From: Octopus bimaculoides
Lineage: Eukaryota
Reading direction: 5' to 3'
DNA length: 63,639 nt
Assembly: GCF_001194135.2 (NCBI RefSeq)
Contig: NC_068991.1
Span: forward strand, 6,271,673 to 6,335,311
The notes beneath the pieces were generated by a model. The model was given only the letters and a program-made list of their open reading frames with translations, was not told where the DNA came from and searched no databases. Each line of letters opens with the position of its first letter. The stretch's first letter is position 1. Position numbers and translations under genes: made by a program. Shown here piece after piece: positions 12,201 to 27,300 of the stretch.

Positions 12201-15200
12201 AATCTAGAAATTGACTTTAGGTGATAAATTTAAGCATATTAGCAAGATATCTAAATGAACTCAACTCAAACAGACACCTTAATTCAGATAGGATGTCTAT
12301 CTTTAATAACACAGAGCTCATGAGCTAAAGAGAAAGCCACTACATGGTTGCTTGATCTGCTAGAAATAGAAGCCAGATCTCCCTCAGATCACATCACATT
12401 TTACTGTCTTTAGAAAACAGGGCACATTGAATAACACGGTCCTGTGTTCCTTGCACACAGGGAAAAGACATGATGGTCAAGGCCGGAATGTCTTTGATCA
12501 TAGGCCTGCTCAATTGAGTTGGTCTTGGACTAAGCAACAACAACAACAGTGTTTTACAGCTGGACTGTCCTGAGCTTATTGATGTTCTGACCAAACAACT
12601 TCAGTCAGATCAAACAGTTCCTAGTCGACAGAATCTCTCCCATGTACACACACAAGCTTGCACTGTGGTTAATTGTTGTTAGACATATCAATTCAAAAGA
12701 AAGCATGCATCAATAGTGTATATACACATGTGTATATGCATCTGTGCTTATGTATATAAGTTGTTTTAAGAAACTGCTACAATGAACATGGAGCTACAAA
12801 TGTTTCCTTATATATTAATAAAACACTCCTAGACAATTGAAAAAAGTGAACACAATCACTGTTCTCTGGCAGTTAGGTCTATTTTACCTAATGTATAAAT
12901 AATTAGTATTTATGATACTACTTTATACATTACTCATGGTTTCATGTAGACATTTATTTTCTTCTTGTTTTGCATTCATTGTTTCTTAAAAAGAGATACT
13001 TTCCTATCCTTGTCACACACACACACACACAGTAAGTAATAGATCTCTCTGCTATGTAAAAACAGTGTATAAAGATGTTATAATAGAGCTACTACTGTTA
13101 AATAATCCAGAATTGCAATTTCAATTACTTATTTGATTTGAATGACCAAAATCTAGCAGTGTAAGAGCCAAAGAAGACAAAAGTGTAATAATCAATCATT
13201 CCAAGTTTTGCTTTTATCAGACTAGGATTAGGCCAATATCTGTATCATATTAAATGATATTTCTGAAGTCAACTGATTAACAGAGCAGAAAAAACATACT
13301 TTCTGCAATAATAAACCTACTGTTCGAAATAGAAGACATAATGGCGTTCTATGGAAATTGCTTTGCCTAATTCGTAATTAATCACAACCAGTCCCTAACT
13401 AAAACATATTTCATCACAGTGGTAACTGATAGTGTGGAGGGCCCAGTCAATAGTTGGTGGTGTGTGCCCTTAAACCAGCACTATGCTGTGTCCATAACTA
13501 ATACAGCCACATTTCAATGGTCCAGTTCATCTCTGAAGCAGTGTAGTACTGTAAGATACCTAACCTATTCTTGCCTCTCAACACCTGGCATAAAACCACC
13601 TCCCTCAATACCACTCCCCACTAAGTTGAGAGGCCTTGTCTTGCTAGTTTCTTGGTGACTTCCTTAGTACCAGTGCCATGTGAAAAACACCCATTACACC
13701 CTGGAAAGTGGTTGGTGTTAGGAAGAGCATCTAGCCAGAGAAACCATGCCAAAAGTAAATATTGCAATTGGATGTCATGGTCTGGCTCACCGGCTCCTGT
13801 TAAAACATCCAAGTCAGGTAAGGACAGGCATTAAATGATGATGATGATGATGATGACAAGTCAACAAATTCAATATTTATGTTGAAATAAATTTAACACA
13901 ATACAATACAGACAGCAGACTCTTGCTTCTTTAAATATGTGCACAAAATAATTCTCATACTAAGCGCATCTTTTGTAAGACTAATAACACATCGATTGTA
14001 CATTAGTGTATCTGCAAGAAAATGAAAATAAGTCGCATACTGAGAGAAACACACTTATATATGCACATATTAAGCAGGACTTTGGTAACTTAAAGAGATA
14101 TCAAAGCTAAACCGTATCTATTTGTATGTATACACACATCCACACATACATCCAAAAATTTGACTTAATGAGTCAACACAATATACAAACTAACAGCTGA
14201 ATATACAGACTTTGCTAACGAATGTCAGAACAGCAAAATAAACTTCATTTTATTCTGTGGTTATACATATGTTTTTTGAAAACAAAGTATGATGTAGAGC
14301 ATCAGGTGATAGCTTTAAAGTGAAGATACTTGTACTATTTCTAAGCGCTACAGTTATAAACCATCTTAGGACATACAAATATATAACATCAATTACATCA
14401 ATTTTATATCATTGTTGCACATTTCTTTTTGCATTTTACACATACTGAATATTAAAAGGAATCATGCAGATTTTAAACTTTAAGTGAGTCACATGTCAAA
14501 CAGGTTTAATAATAAACTAGTGGCCAGTAGTAATATATGTGAATATGTGATACATTCAATAGTAAATAATTATTGGGTGACCTATTTTTGTTAGTAAACA
14601 GATAATGTGGTAAATGACAAAACTAACTAAAAAGTGAAGCCAACTCCCATTTTTTAAATTCGATATGATAGTGTTGGTAGTAAACTATCTAGCTGCAACA
14701 TTACAGAAAATATTCAAAGGATATTTTAACAAAAAAAAAAACATTTTATTTGAAGAAATGTATGGTTCACAATGCTTGGTGGGTGCAAATTAGAAGAACA
14801 AGGTTAAAATTGGTGCAAGAAACCAGATAGATTCCAAGACTAATGCAAGACACTTTAAGTACATCAAATAAAAATAAATAAATAAATAAAAAGCAAAAAA
14901 GGAATTAGTTATTGTGGAATGTGCTGAAAACAAAAACCAAATTTCAACTTTTTTGGTCGTGATTCTATTATGACTGTTTAAATATTTTTCTTTGTAAATA
15001 TGTATTTTATCAGCCAGTTCCATGGAATATCAAGGTATCTTAGGAATAATTTAACCTGAACATTGAAAACATGCTTTCTTCAACTATTGTCAATTTGAAT
15101 GTTTTTACTATTATTGATAATAAAGATTCTTTACAAACACAGCAGAAGGCATAGCAATGTGTTCAAAGCAGCACTATTGAAAATCTGAAAATATTTTGGC

Positions 15201-15316
15201 CTATAAGATTATAATTTAGGTGATGTTTTTAACATTTGATTTATGTCAAATGTAGGCTTAAAAGTCATTAAGTTTGATAAATTTAATCAATCTCTTTATA
15301 TATATATATATGTGTG

Positions 15317-15360
<44 letters not shown>

Positions 15361-18300
15361 GCCTTACCCTCACCCCACCCACTGTGATTGAGCCACAAAG
15401 AGTGCTGCCATGTCTTAGGAATTTTAAATTTGACAGAGCCCCTCTGTCGCCAGGTCTGGTCATAGCAGATTTCTTCCAAGCAGAAAGCAAGAGCAAGAGA
15501 AAGACAGAAAGAAGAAAAGAATTGACCCTCTCATACCAGACTGGTACTTTATTTATTGACCCCGAAAGGAGAAAAAGGCAATGTTGATCTGGCTGCGATT
15601 TTAGGGTGCAGAAAGCCAGAACAACTACTGCAAGGCATTCTTATTCAACATTCTAAGTGTGCTAATTCTCAACCTATATGCAATGTCTATATAGTTGCAT
15701 ACAGCCACACACACATGCACAAATAATATTCTCCTTAAAATGCAAGAGATGAAAATATTTAAACCAAACTTTCATTGCTTCTCTCAATTCAATAATTCTT
15801 TTGGACATGTCCGAACTCTCCCTTTTCGTTTTAATCTTTCATTTTGATGCATAAATTTCCACTGTACAATGGAACATTTTCCTTTCATTATGTATGCAAT
15901 TGCACTTTTCCTTTTGACTGACACAAGGCCACACAGTGCGATGTACTGGTACAAATATTACTGTGTTATTTATTTTATCATCCATCATCTCAGGACAGAT
16001 AAAATAGGAAGTACATCCTTAAGAAATTTGAACTGAGTGTAAAGGAAAAAAAACAAAAAACTAAATGTTGGACAGTGTTTAGTCTGACACTATGCTGTTT
16101 CTCTCAAGGCAATGTCCTTTCTTATATAATTGACCACTACAGTTGATAAGCCGAGTAAACATCCGGAAAGATATAGTGAAGAAATTTCAGTTGAAAAAAA
16201 AAGTTCATGCAAGTAACCTCAATAATCTGTATCAAATATACAATACAAACAAGATGCAAAAAATTAGTCATATCTTTAATTATTAATAGATATATTAGAA
16301 AAATATTAGTTTGGTTAAGCTTTTTCAAGCATTTTAGTATGGCTGGTTAATAAAAAGAAGAACGTTAGTTCATTAAGAAAGAAAATATAATTAAGATGCA
16401 AAGCAATTAGATTACTGAGCAAACCCTCACGGAATGTTATTTGAACAAAGAAACTTGATTAAACCAAGTCAAATTAATATTAATTCAAGCAGTTGGATGC
16501 TTAAATTCATTGGAAAATATTTCAAAATTGAATAAATAGAGTCTATTTTTGTTGCCTTTAAACAAGAAAGTAGACACAAAGAGGAATTTATATTAATCCT
16601 TTCAGTAAGAATAGAAATGATTATAGAAAAATAAACCAAAAATATGAGTTGCTCAACTGAAAAGTATAGGAGACAATTTGAGGTTGGCCTTAGGACTTCC
16701 AAACTCCATTACTCTTTTGATATATTGCCAGGAAAATGAAGATAAAATAAAGCTTGAGATATTCAAGAAAGAAATAGGATGTTGTGATTTATTTTTATGA
16801 TTCACTCACTAAATGGGTGCAGGCATGGCTGTGTAGTTAAGAAGCTTGATTTGCAAGTACTTAGTTTTGGGTTCAGTCTCATTGTGTGACACCTTGGGGC
16901 AAGTGTCTCTCACTGCAACCACTGTTCTGTGAGTGAATTTGGTAGGTGGAAACTGTGCTGAAGCCTGTCGCATGCGTGTGTGTTTGTCACCCTCCCCCCA
17001 CTGCTCAACAACCTGTGCTGGTTTATTTACATCCTCATAACTTAGTTCCGCAAAAGAGGCCAACAGAATAAGTGTCAGATGTAAAAAAAACACAACTTAG
17101 TACTGGGGTTGATTTGTTTGAATAAATCTTTCAAAGTAGTGCCCCAGTATGGCCACAGTCAAATGACTGAAACCAGGGAGAGATAAATAATTCAAATGAA
17201 ATGTATTAAAACTGATCATCATCATTTAATGTCCGTTTTCTTTACTGGCATGTTCCTATTAATCTATTGTAATTTCTCTGTGATGATGTGAAAAAATTTT
17301 AAATATACTGACAAAGCGTGTTAAAGGTCCAAGAAACATCAGACATCATTAATATTTTTAAAAAATATGAAATCTCTTTGGATAAACTATTTTCTTTGAA
17401 TCATTAGCATGCTGGAAAAAAATGTTTAGCAGTATTTCTTCCAGCTCTTTACTTTCTGAGTTCAAATTCTGCGGAGATTGATTTCCCCTTTCATGATCAA
17501 TATTATTTGATTTATCCCTTTCCACTAAAATTGCTAGCCTTGTACCAAAATTCCAATCCATTATAATGAATGACTATGGGTTGGTTTAAAAAAAAAAAAA
17601 ATGAAAACAAAAGAATGATAATCCTCAATTCCACTCTTCGACTTCTTACCCTTTCGTTACCAACCTGGCTGAAACTGGCTCAGGCTCTGAGTACAAGTAT
17701 CTTATTTTCATAAGTTCTGAATTAAAATCTTCCATCAAACCTTAGTCACAATTTACGTTCCTAACACAAGCTTCATGATAAACTAAATTATTTTACTAAA
17801 TTCTTTGTTATATTTAAAGTAATTGAAAGAAACACAGAGCATCTCAAAATAAATACAGCAACGAAAGGGTTAAATAATTTGGATATCACAGAGGAGACAT
17901 TTTCAAACCTCATAATCTGGCAGCTTCCTTGCTGATTCCAGATCAAAAGGTAGAGTTAAATATATTACTTAAGGTCACAACATAATAATATACTGATTAC
18001 TGAGATTCTCTGAACATGCTGCTTGTTCTATGAAAACCAATTTCATAAAATTTTTACTGCAGTTTCCTCAGTTTCTCTAACCTTTTCAAAGTTTCCTTTA
18101 AAAACAATGACCAAATTTACAATTACTTATGTCACAGTCAGTCTGAAGAACACTCATGTGAACTCATTGTGTCACCAAGTAGCTTCCTGTGTTTCTGGTT
18201 AAACTACTTAAGTGTGCCACATTAACATAATGTATTTACAGCCCAGGAAAATTTCTTTCTACTCCTTGTAATTCACAACATATCCTGAGTTTCTTCAACA

Positions 18301-21300
18301 ATTTCCACAAACTAGATAGATGCTTTTAGAAATACTATTTCCCAGAACATTTCAAGTGGTAGCATATGTATTTCGCTATTATAGTTAAACACAATAATAT
18401 ACAGTTAGGGCATGGAAAATTTAGTTGAGTCTCTCTCCATCAACTTGATATTAATCTAAGATATCTAACACCATACTCATTCTGTGTACTAATATTAATA
18501 AGTTTAACCCACATTGATCCTAAATATGGCTGGTCTGATATACAAATTAAAACAACCCAGAGCAATACTTGATTGCAAATCGTGTGTGTGCATGCATGTA
18601 TGCACATGTGCACATGCTCATGTGCAAGTATGTAAATACATCAAAAGAGTAGTGCAGTTAGTCATTCAAGATTGCATAACAATGGGAGCAGATCAGTACA
18701 ATACTGTTTTGCTTTTGTCTTAAAAAAGAAATGTTTCATTTATTATAAAATGAAATAAAATACATTTCTTAGTTTCCTGTGAAATAAAGACCTGACTAAA
18801 TTAGTATAAAAACATAACCTTCAGAGAAGAATTTCAAAAAGTTATAAAAATAAGATTAAAAAAAAATATATTTAAAAAATTGAGAGATCAAGGTAGGTGC
18901 TGATCATATTGAGATACTTCACCAAACTAGAGAAGAAAACCTCAACATTATTATACAAAAGTTTAAAACTAACTGCTTTAACACTATACAATTAGCATAA
19001 GTGAATCTCTAGAGAAGCCAATGAAAGACTCACATCGAAGAACCCACAAAAATATGATTTGAGAACGAAAAGAAATTCCACACTATTATTGACAAGTGGA
19101 AGAACTACAATATCAAATGATACAAGCTTGAGTGAGACTAGATTTCTGTTTGAACACATTTCAAAGACAGTGAAACTAACTTGATGAAAACTAGAGGAGA
19201 CTCATGAAGCAACAAAACCTCATAAACAGTGACATTGGACTGACCAAGGTTTCAGCTTTCTAAATTTAATGCCAACAAAGGACTAAGGAATCATTGCAAT
19301 GTACAAATGCTGGGTGCTGACCATATAGTGCATAGTGGGAGAACTATCTTATAGTAGAGGATCTACCCTGTGAAGCCAGGGCATACAATAGAACACCTAC
19401 CTCATCATAAGGATCCATACATTGAACACATGTCTTGCACTCCATGCACTGCCAGGGATAATTCTTGATAATAGACACCATTGCTTTGGTCAAATCCAAG
19501 CAAGCGGGGTGACCTGCAGAGGGCAATAAAACATGCACAAAACTCAAATCAACAAAATTGAATGGACAGATATTTACAAGCAAATTATAGTGATACACGA
19601 GAGAGGTTTCAAAGATGCCAGCAGGAGATAGTAGTTAGCAAAGTCTATTAGCATTTCAGCCATCTTGCCTAGAGGAAAGTGCAAGAAAAATTAAAATCTG
19701 CCATGCAATAAGATATGCAGAGGTTACAGAATCTGAGTTAGTACCATAGTCATATGCGAGTAACAGGTGGCTAAATAAAATAAATTACCCACACTAAAAG
19801 CAGATTTAGACTAATGCAGTAGGCAATATAAAAACAGAAGTTACCAAATATATACAATATTCACGTCATCCTTACATTTGTTAATTTGGAGATGCCATCA
19901 GTTTTAGTATATACACCGATTTCTAAAAAGTTTACAGAAAACAGGAGGAACAATTTAACATGTAATTTTCATTTAGATTTTAGATATGTTTAGACAACCT
20001 TTGATGAAATTTAATCTGACATCAACTTGTTTTATTTCTTCCAAATCTTTGATAAATCAACATATAAATGACAGTTTTTTAAATTATTTTTTTTATTACT
20101 AATAGATAAATCTTTGTAGGAAACAGAGAAAAAATAAATTAAAATGTAAAATAAATAAAGACTTTTTTGCTTCCATCTTATTATAATTCAAGTAAACTTT
20201 GGTGGAAACTTACGAGAATTTAAAGAACAACGGCCATCACAATACATAGACTTAGTTGATCATTTCATACCTCCTACATAGCCATTTCCAGTTGAAACCA
20301 TCTCATTATCAGTGTCTATTTCTTAAATATAGATTAACAATTGGATTTACCGTGATTCCTGTTGCTACTAGTTAATAAGACTGTTTCAGCATTTGAATCC
20401 ATACAGCTGTGGTTAGAAATTACTATGAAGAGTATAGAGCTTGTTCTCAGTGGAAGACCACAGACAGTGGATTTGAAGAAATCAACTAGCTGCAGGAAAA
20501 TCTATGGAGTGTGCTAGATATCTTTGCACAACTGAATATAGTGTTAGAGGGTCTTTGAGTTAAAGCCAATTCTCAAATTTTGTATCAGAAGCAGCTCAGT
20601 AATATAAACATTACTGATATTGCATACTTAATGCATGTTTCTTAAATATTTATAGCTGTGATGTTTCATCTAAGGGAGGCCCCCTTAAAGATGTCTAGTG
20701 TTAAAAGACAGTATATTTCAAAGCTAAGCAAAATAAAACTACTCCAGAAGTGAATGAGAAATGACACGTATCAATATTTTGCAGTATTTTCCACTCACTA
20801 GTGTCAAACTCACCTCACTTTTGAAATGAATTCAAATTGCCAACTAGAAGTATACACAGATAGTGTAAACTCTATCTGCTGATGTGAAAAAGCATCACAA
20901 GTAGAACAAAATTCTAATTTTGTGTTCAAAGCAGCTCAATAAAGTAAACATTAACAAACACACATACTTAATGTATGTATGTTTGATAAATGCTTGTAGC
21001 TGTATTCATGTGTTTTCAGTCTATATATTTAAGAATATAGCTGACATTTACTACAAAATATCCTCCAATGTACAAAAACCATCTCTTTGTTCTGTGTTAT
21101 CTTCTGCAATTATCAAAACTTGATTCAATAATATAACAAATAACAACTTTTAAAATATTTCTTAAAAGCAGGCCTAGCCCTAAAACAAAACTAAATAAAC
21201 ATTAAAATTTATCATGTTTGCTTTTAAAGTTTCCAATGAAAAATTATGGTACAGCATAATTGCTTTCAATGGGTTTGCATGCAGGCAGAAATATTAAGAA

Positions 21301-24300
21301 AGGCTCTTGATAGTTGGTGCTCTTAAAAAGGTTAACCTATAGAAAGTGTCTTGCTGCTATTAATTTTATCTTAGCTGAACAATATGAAATCTACAAGCAA
21401 AAAGAAACAGAATGTATACAGATAATAGCTGGGAACATAAAACCTTGCTATGTTATTTGATATATGCATGTGTGTGTGTGTGTGTATTTATATGCCTGTA
21501 TTCCTTAGTGCCCAAAGTTGCAATTAGAATTAGAAGGAAACACTGTCTCAGAGACATTAAAATGAATTAGTTTGCCAATAAACATTGAGAGAGATAATCT
21601 AGAAAGAACATTATGCTGTGTAATACAATGAAATGTTCTAAACTCTGAAATATTACCAAACTGGTTTCCTTTAATGGATAGACATGGCCAACAAAAATTC
21701 ACTCCTTGTTTAAAGTAATGACCAATTTTAAAACTAAACACCAAATCTATAATGCTACAATTATGAAGCTGGTGGTGTCTAAGAGCCAATCTTCATTTTG
21801 CAAGTAAGTCTTTCAGGTAATTTCTGAACTCTAATAATAATAATAAAAAAATAATGATTATACTGGTTACAAATATAACTGAAATATTTTCGTTTTAAGC
21901 ATAACATCTCCACATACAGTATATCAGTGGAGCCAGGCAAAGTACATGGAAATGATATATATAAGAGAGAAAACTAAACTGAAGATATACTATATTAATA
22001 TGGACATTAGATACAGGCGAATACAACTAATAGATATGGGACACCAGGAGAAAGACACTATTCAAATGAAAATATGCTCTGTGAGTGTAAGTTTGTGAGA
22101 GTGTGTTTGTGTTTCTGATGATGAGCAATAACAGCTAATCAATATACATCATCTAATTCTGAATGGTGACTTTAGAAGTCTGTAAATTCATAGCTAAAGT
22201 TTAATTAGTAAAAATAAATAATGAAAGATACTAATATCAATGGGAAAAAGTGATAAAGAAAAGAGAGAGAGAGACTATTAAAAAAAGTGATAAACCAGTG
22301 AAAATATTTGATTAATAATTTGAGTAATGGAATATTTTTAATTTAATCTGTGATATTAATTTAAAAATAAAGCATATAATCACTGAAGTATTTTAATGAC
22401 ATCTTTTGATAATGGAATAAAAGAAATGAAAATGATTAGAAAAAGAATCTTCCTGCCCCTCCAAAATACAATGATTAAAAAATAAATTTAAGCAATAAAT
22501 TACTCAAGATTTAATATATTTAATGTAAGATTGTACTGTATAAAACAACAAAGACTTGAGATTTTAACAAATCTTTATTAACAATTTCCTTTCTTTTCTT
22601 TTTTTGTGGCTTGAGCCCTGTTTTATGGTAAGAGAGACAGATTAATCATCTGAAGAGAAACGTTTTTTTTTTCATTACATTTAGACCTAATATTCACTGA
22701 AAGAAAAAAATAACATGAATAAATATAAAAATATCTAAAAAAAAAAAAAATCTTTGAAATATTTTCAAAAATAAAAACAGCTTTTATCATAATTTGCTTT
22801 CTAGCCAACATGCCATAACAAGACAACCAATATGATATTGGATTTTCCTCTTTAGTGAAAATAAAATAAACTATATTTTGGCTCACTTTTCTCTTTGGAT
22901 GAATTTTAAACTGAGAAATGGTGTTTTTTAAATATTTAACTTCCATTCTATAGAAATCTGAACCATATATAGGTGTACTTGGAGTTATTTTGACCCCGGC
23001 CATGTCTGGCGCATTATATTCTAGCTGTTTTATATCTAAATCAGCCAGATCAGGCCACTTGCACATAACCTACAATGTTATTCTAAAATTAAACAGCCTC
23101 ATCATGGTAGTCTTGAAACTGAGATAATGCATATGATTAATTAAAAACTATGTGAATAAATTAGCATTCAGATTACTCGACAGTTGGTAGAGTAATCTGA
23201 ATGCTAAAGGGTTGGTCAATTACATCGACCCCAGTACATGACTGGTACTTTATTTTATTGACCCCCAAAAGGACAAAAGGCAAAGTTAATGTTGGTGAGA
23301 GTTGAACTCAGAACAGAAAGAGCCAGAAGAAATACTGCTGAGCATTTTGTTCGATGTGCTAACAATTCTGTCAACTCACCACCTTATAATAACAATTCTA
23401 TAATAGAAAGAACAGGGATCTATTTCTAAGTTGGTCGGTTCAAACTGGTTACCAAAACTTTTATGAAATACAACAAATTCATGCCTCACAAAAGTGAAAA
23501 ATTATTGGCACCATTATCATGAAATAACTGTCAAATAAAGGATTAAAAAATCTTAAATTACTATCAATACATTCAATATTTGTGACTGTGTTAATTAGTT
23601 GAAATAGCTAAACACAATATGTAAACATTCTGCATTTTGTTAAATGTGTGGGGCACACAGACACACACCTTAAAATAAGCATCCAGCTAACAAAAAAATG
23701 TATGACATAAACTCCCCTCCACCCCACAACCACTTAAATTAATTTGCGAAATAAGAACCATTTTAAAATGGTTATATTGATGGTTAACAACACTTGTTAT
23801 GACAAAAGGAAGCAAACTTTTGAAGCTTCGGTTTTGAGTATATCTGTGCAAATGTGTATACACAATAAATAGTGTTAAAAGCTGGTAATTTGTTGCATGC
23901 ACAAATTCAAAGAGATAAACCCCCCCCCCCCTGAAATGAGCACATTCTTCTGGGAACCAAACTTCACACCCTCATATGACTACCTACAATTAATAGACGA
24001 TCTAGTCATGCTGTAGCAAATTGTTGTTACTAAATCTAAACCACTGCTTTAGATAATTGTTCAAATCAAGATTGAAAAGTTTTTAAAAGAAATTCCAAGG
24101 TTAAGTGAACATTTATACTTCCAAGATTGATACTTCGCTGTGTTTCTATTTTGCTTCCACTAGGCATTCTTAAAGAAAAACACAGATGANNNNNNNNNNN
24201 NNNNNNNNNNNNNNNNNNNNNNNNNNNNNNNNNNNNNNNNNNNNNNNNNNNNNNNNNNNNNNNNNNNNNNNNNNNNNNNNNNNNNNNNNNNNNNNNNNNN

Positions 24301-27300
24301 NNNNNNNNNNNNNNNNNNNNNNNNNNNNNNNNNNNNNNNNNNNNNNNNNNNNNNNNNNNNNNNNNNNNNNNNNNNNNNNNNNNNNNNNNNNNNNNNNNNN
24401 NNNNNNNNNNNNNNNNNNNNNNNNNNNNNNNNNNNNNNNNNNNNNNNNNNNNNNNNNNNNNNNNNNNNNNNNNNNNNNNNNNNNNNNNNNNNNNNNNNNN
24501 NNNNNNNNNNNNNNNNNNNNNNNNNNNNNNNNNNNNNNNNNNNNAAATAGATTACATAATTCTTTCATTATTTTATCACAGTTTGTTTTGCGTCCAACAA
24601 ATTCCTGTGAGATTTGGCTGAAAATTGAAATTTTGAAGTTGCGATTTTCACCAATTTTTTTTTTAGAATTGAAATCTCCATAGCCGAAAATGTGGGTTTC
24701 AGTTACAAAAAAGAAGAAATGGAGTGTGTGTGTTTACGTCTCCATCATGTGTGTCAAGTATTTGTTTTATGACAAACCTCAGAAGTCACTGCACGCCACT
24801 AAAATATATATATATATAATTAAAGATTCAGTTGAATTAGGTACTTAAGTTGAAGCACCAAGTCAGTCCGGTATTATCCACACAGCTCAAAGTAAGGTTC
24901 ACCTTATATAATATATATGGCAATTTGAATTTAGTTCAAGGACCCCCCAGTACTACTTTTGTGGACCACTGGGAGTCCGCAGACCCCAGATTGGGAACTA
25001 CTGATCGAAAGCACCTTATAAATTTCAAAAGATTAGATTGTCATAAACCACAACAATTTGTTTATTTACTGCATTTTACAGTGTAATAACTAAAGGCATA
25101 ACATATTTGTCAAATTCTTTCCTGAAAAGAATTCAGGTTTAGATAGTGTAAGTCAAAATTCTAAAATATATTTCAAACTAATGTGGACAGGATTAATTAA
25201 CCTCTATGTAGTTTCTTGGCTGGTTTGAAATAACAGCCAAATCTCTTTTATAACAGACCTCGATGTCTTTAAAGTGAAAAATTTGCGGGGGAAAAAAAAA
25301 AAAAAAAAGGTGTATCCTGTATGTTGGAAATCTAATATGGTCTTGTTTCCAAGGAGAGCGGTTTATCTCAAACTGATGTAATGTTTTCACTGATTGATTG
25401 AATGGAGCATTTGAAACAGCCGTAATGCCCCGATACCTGGACATCCTTGTTACTTATTTGCTTTTTATTCACCTAACTTCGAGCTGTGCGGACCTTACCG
25501 GACTAACTTGGTGCCTCAATTTAAGTGCCTAATTGAACTGAATCTTAATTATTTCTTTTATATATATATATATATATATGTATAAAATGTAGTTCTGTGA
25601 TAGAAAATTCAACAAAAAAAAAGTACTCCACCTGGTGAGAGATAAAGATTATTTATTTAAAGGGCACAATACATGTATTTAAGCACTACTAATAGTTTCA
25701 TATGTTGAGAAATACTCAAACGTATTCTTCAGGCGCAAACCACATGTCATAATGAACGAAAAAAATTTTCTTAGTTCATTATGGTATGTGGTTTGTGCCT
25801 GTCGAATATGAGTATTTCTCATCATACGAAACTATTAGTAGCACTTAAATACATGTATAGTTCACTTTAAATAATATATATATATATTCTATATTATTGC
25901 ATTAATTCTCCTAATTCTTTATCACACAAACCAGTAAATTGAAGGAAGCACATACAGTAACAAAAGCCCCAGTACACAAAGCTTCATCCTATTGCCTTCA
26001 TGGATTACAGTTGACTTATCTAATATTTATTTGAATCATTAGCAAAACAAACACACAAAAGTAGGAAATGCAAAAATAATGATAATAGCTATAATATTGA
26101 GATTATTGTTTATAAATTCACGCAGGTATGTAGTTGGAGTCTTTTTTTTTTTTTAATACTTGAAAACTAGAAAATTGTTAAATGACATGATTATAGCATC
26201 CAAAATCATGCATAACATAATAAGGAATATTTTTGGAACTTACCAGTTGACCCACATTCAGAACAGCTGACAAGCTCTTCCTTTCTGTTACGCCCTTTCA
26301 TGGGGCCCTTATGGCAAAAGCGGCAATCTTTCTTTTGGTTTGTTTGCTTTTTGGAAAAAAAAGAACGCTATATAGCATTCATTTAGAAAAAAGTGAACAT
26401 GTTAATTTTTGAAAGAGGTAAGTTAAACCTAACAAATATATGCGAAAATGTTAAACAAGTTCATTTACAAGATAAAAAATTATTGACTGATTATAAATGT
26501 ACAGCCACCACAAGATTCACTCCTTGTTATGGTGTGATGGTTTTGTATGTTTCAACAACCCTGTGAACTATGCCAGCAGAGGGCAAACTCCTGACAGGTC
26601 CTCTCACGCTGGACAGGTCAAAGGATAGAGGCCAGGTTAATATAGACCTCTTCTTCACAGAGGTAAAAATGGGCTTGTATAGGGTCGACAACCCTTCCTA
26701 TAAAAAAAAGCTAAGTTACAAAAGCATTGATGAGAATTCAAAACCAACAAGACTTGGGAGAGGAAAGACAGCCCAAAGTCAAGAACAGTGGGGAAAAGTT
26801 GCCGATGGATTATGTTCAAAGTGCTTAAGTGAAAAAGTAAAGAATGAATTTAAGATTGATACTGAATTTTGTAATTACTGAAGTTTCAGTTTGTAAACCA
26901 TTTTTGTTATTTAGTAAATATGTAGGTGATAAAAATATCTTTTTTAAGTATCATTAACTTTTAACTAGCATTTTTGGCACTGACATGGAATAAAGTTTTT
27001 GTTAAAAATTATGAGAATAGTTTTTCGTTTATATATACATAAATAGCATTTTTTTTGTAATAAGGCAAGGAAATATAGTTTAGTTCATCAACCCGTATCA
27101 ATAAAACTTAGATATCTTAAACTGACAAACTACAGGTTTCAATGACATGCTGAAGAACTGTAAACTCCACACTGACAATACCTCTTTATGGTCCTTGTGG
27201 TCTCCAGCAATTTTCCGGCCTCTCCGTGGAGAAGGAGTAGGAGCTGGTTGAGGAAGTAGAGGCTGGCTAACTTCCGAATCACTTGAATCATTGTCATTAC

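Noticed and set aside
21505-21789. 94-aa minus-strand ORF in a PHF10 intron
   Set aside because: No convincing acceptor or homology; could be a terminal exon for the orphan exon but unsupported.
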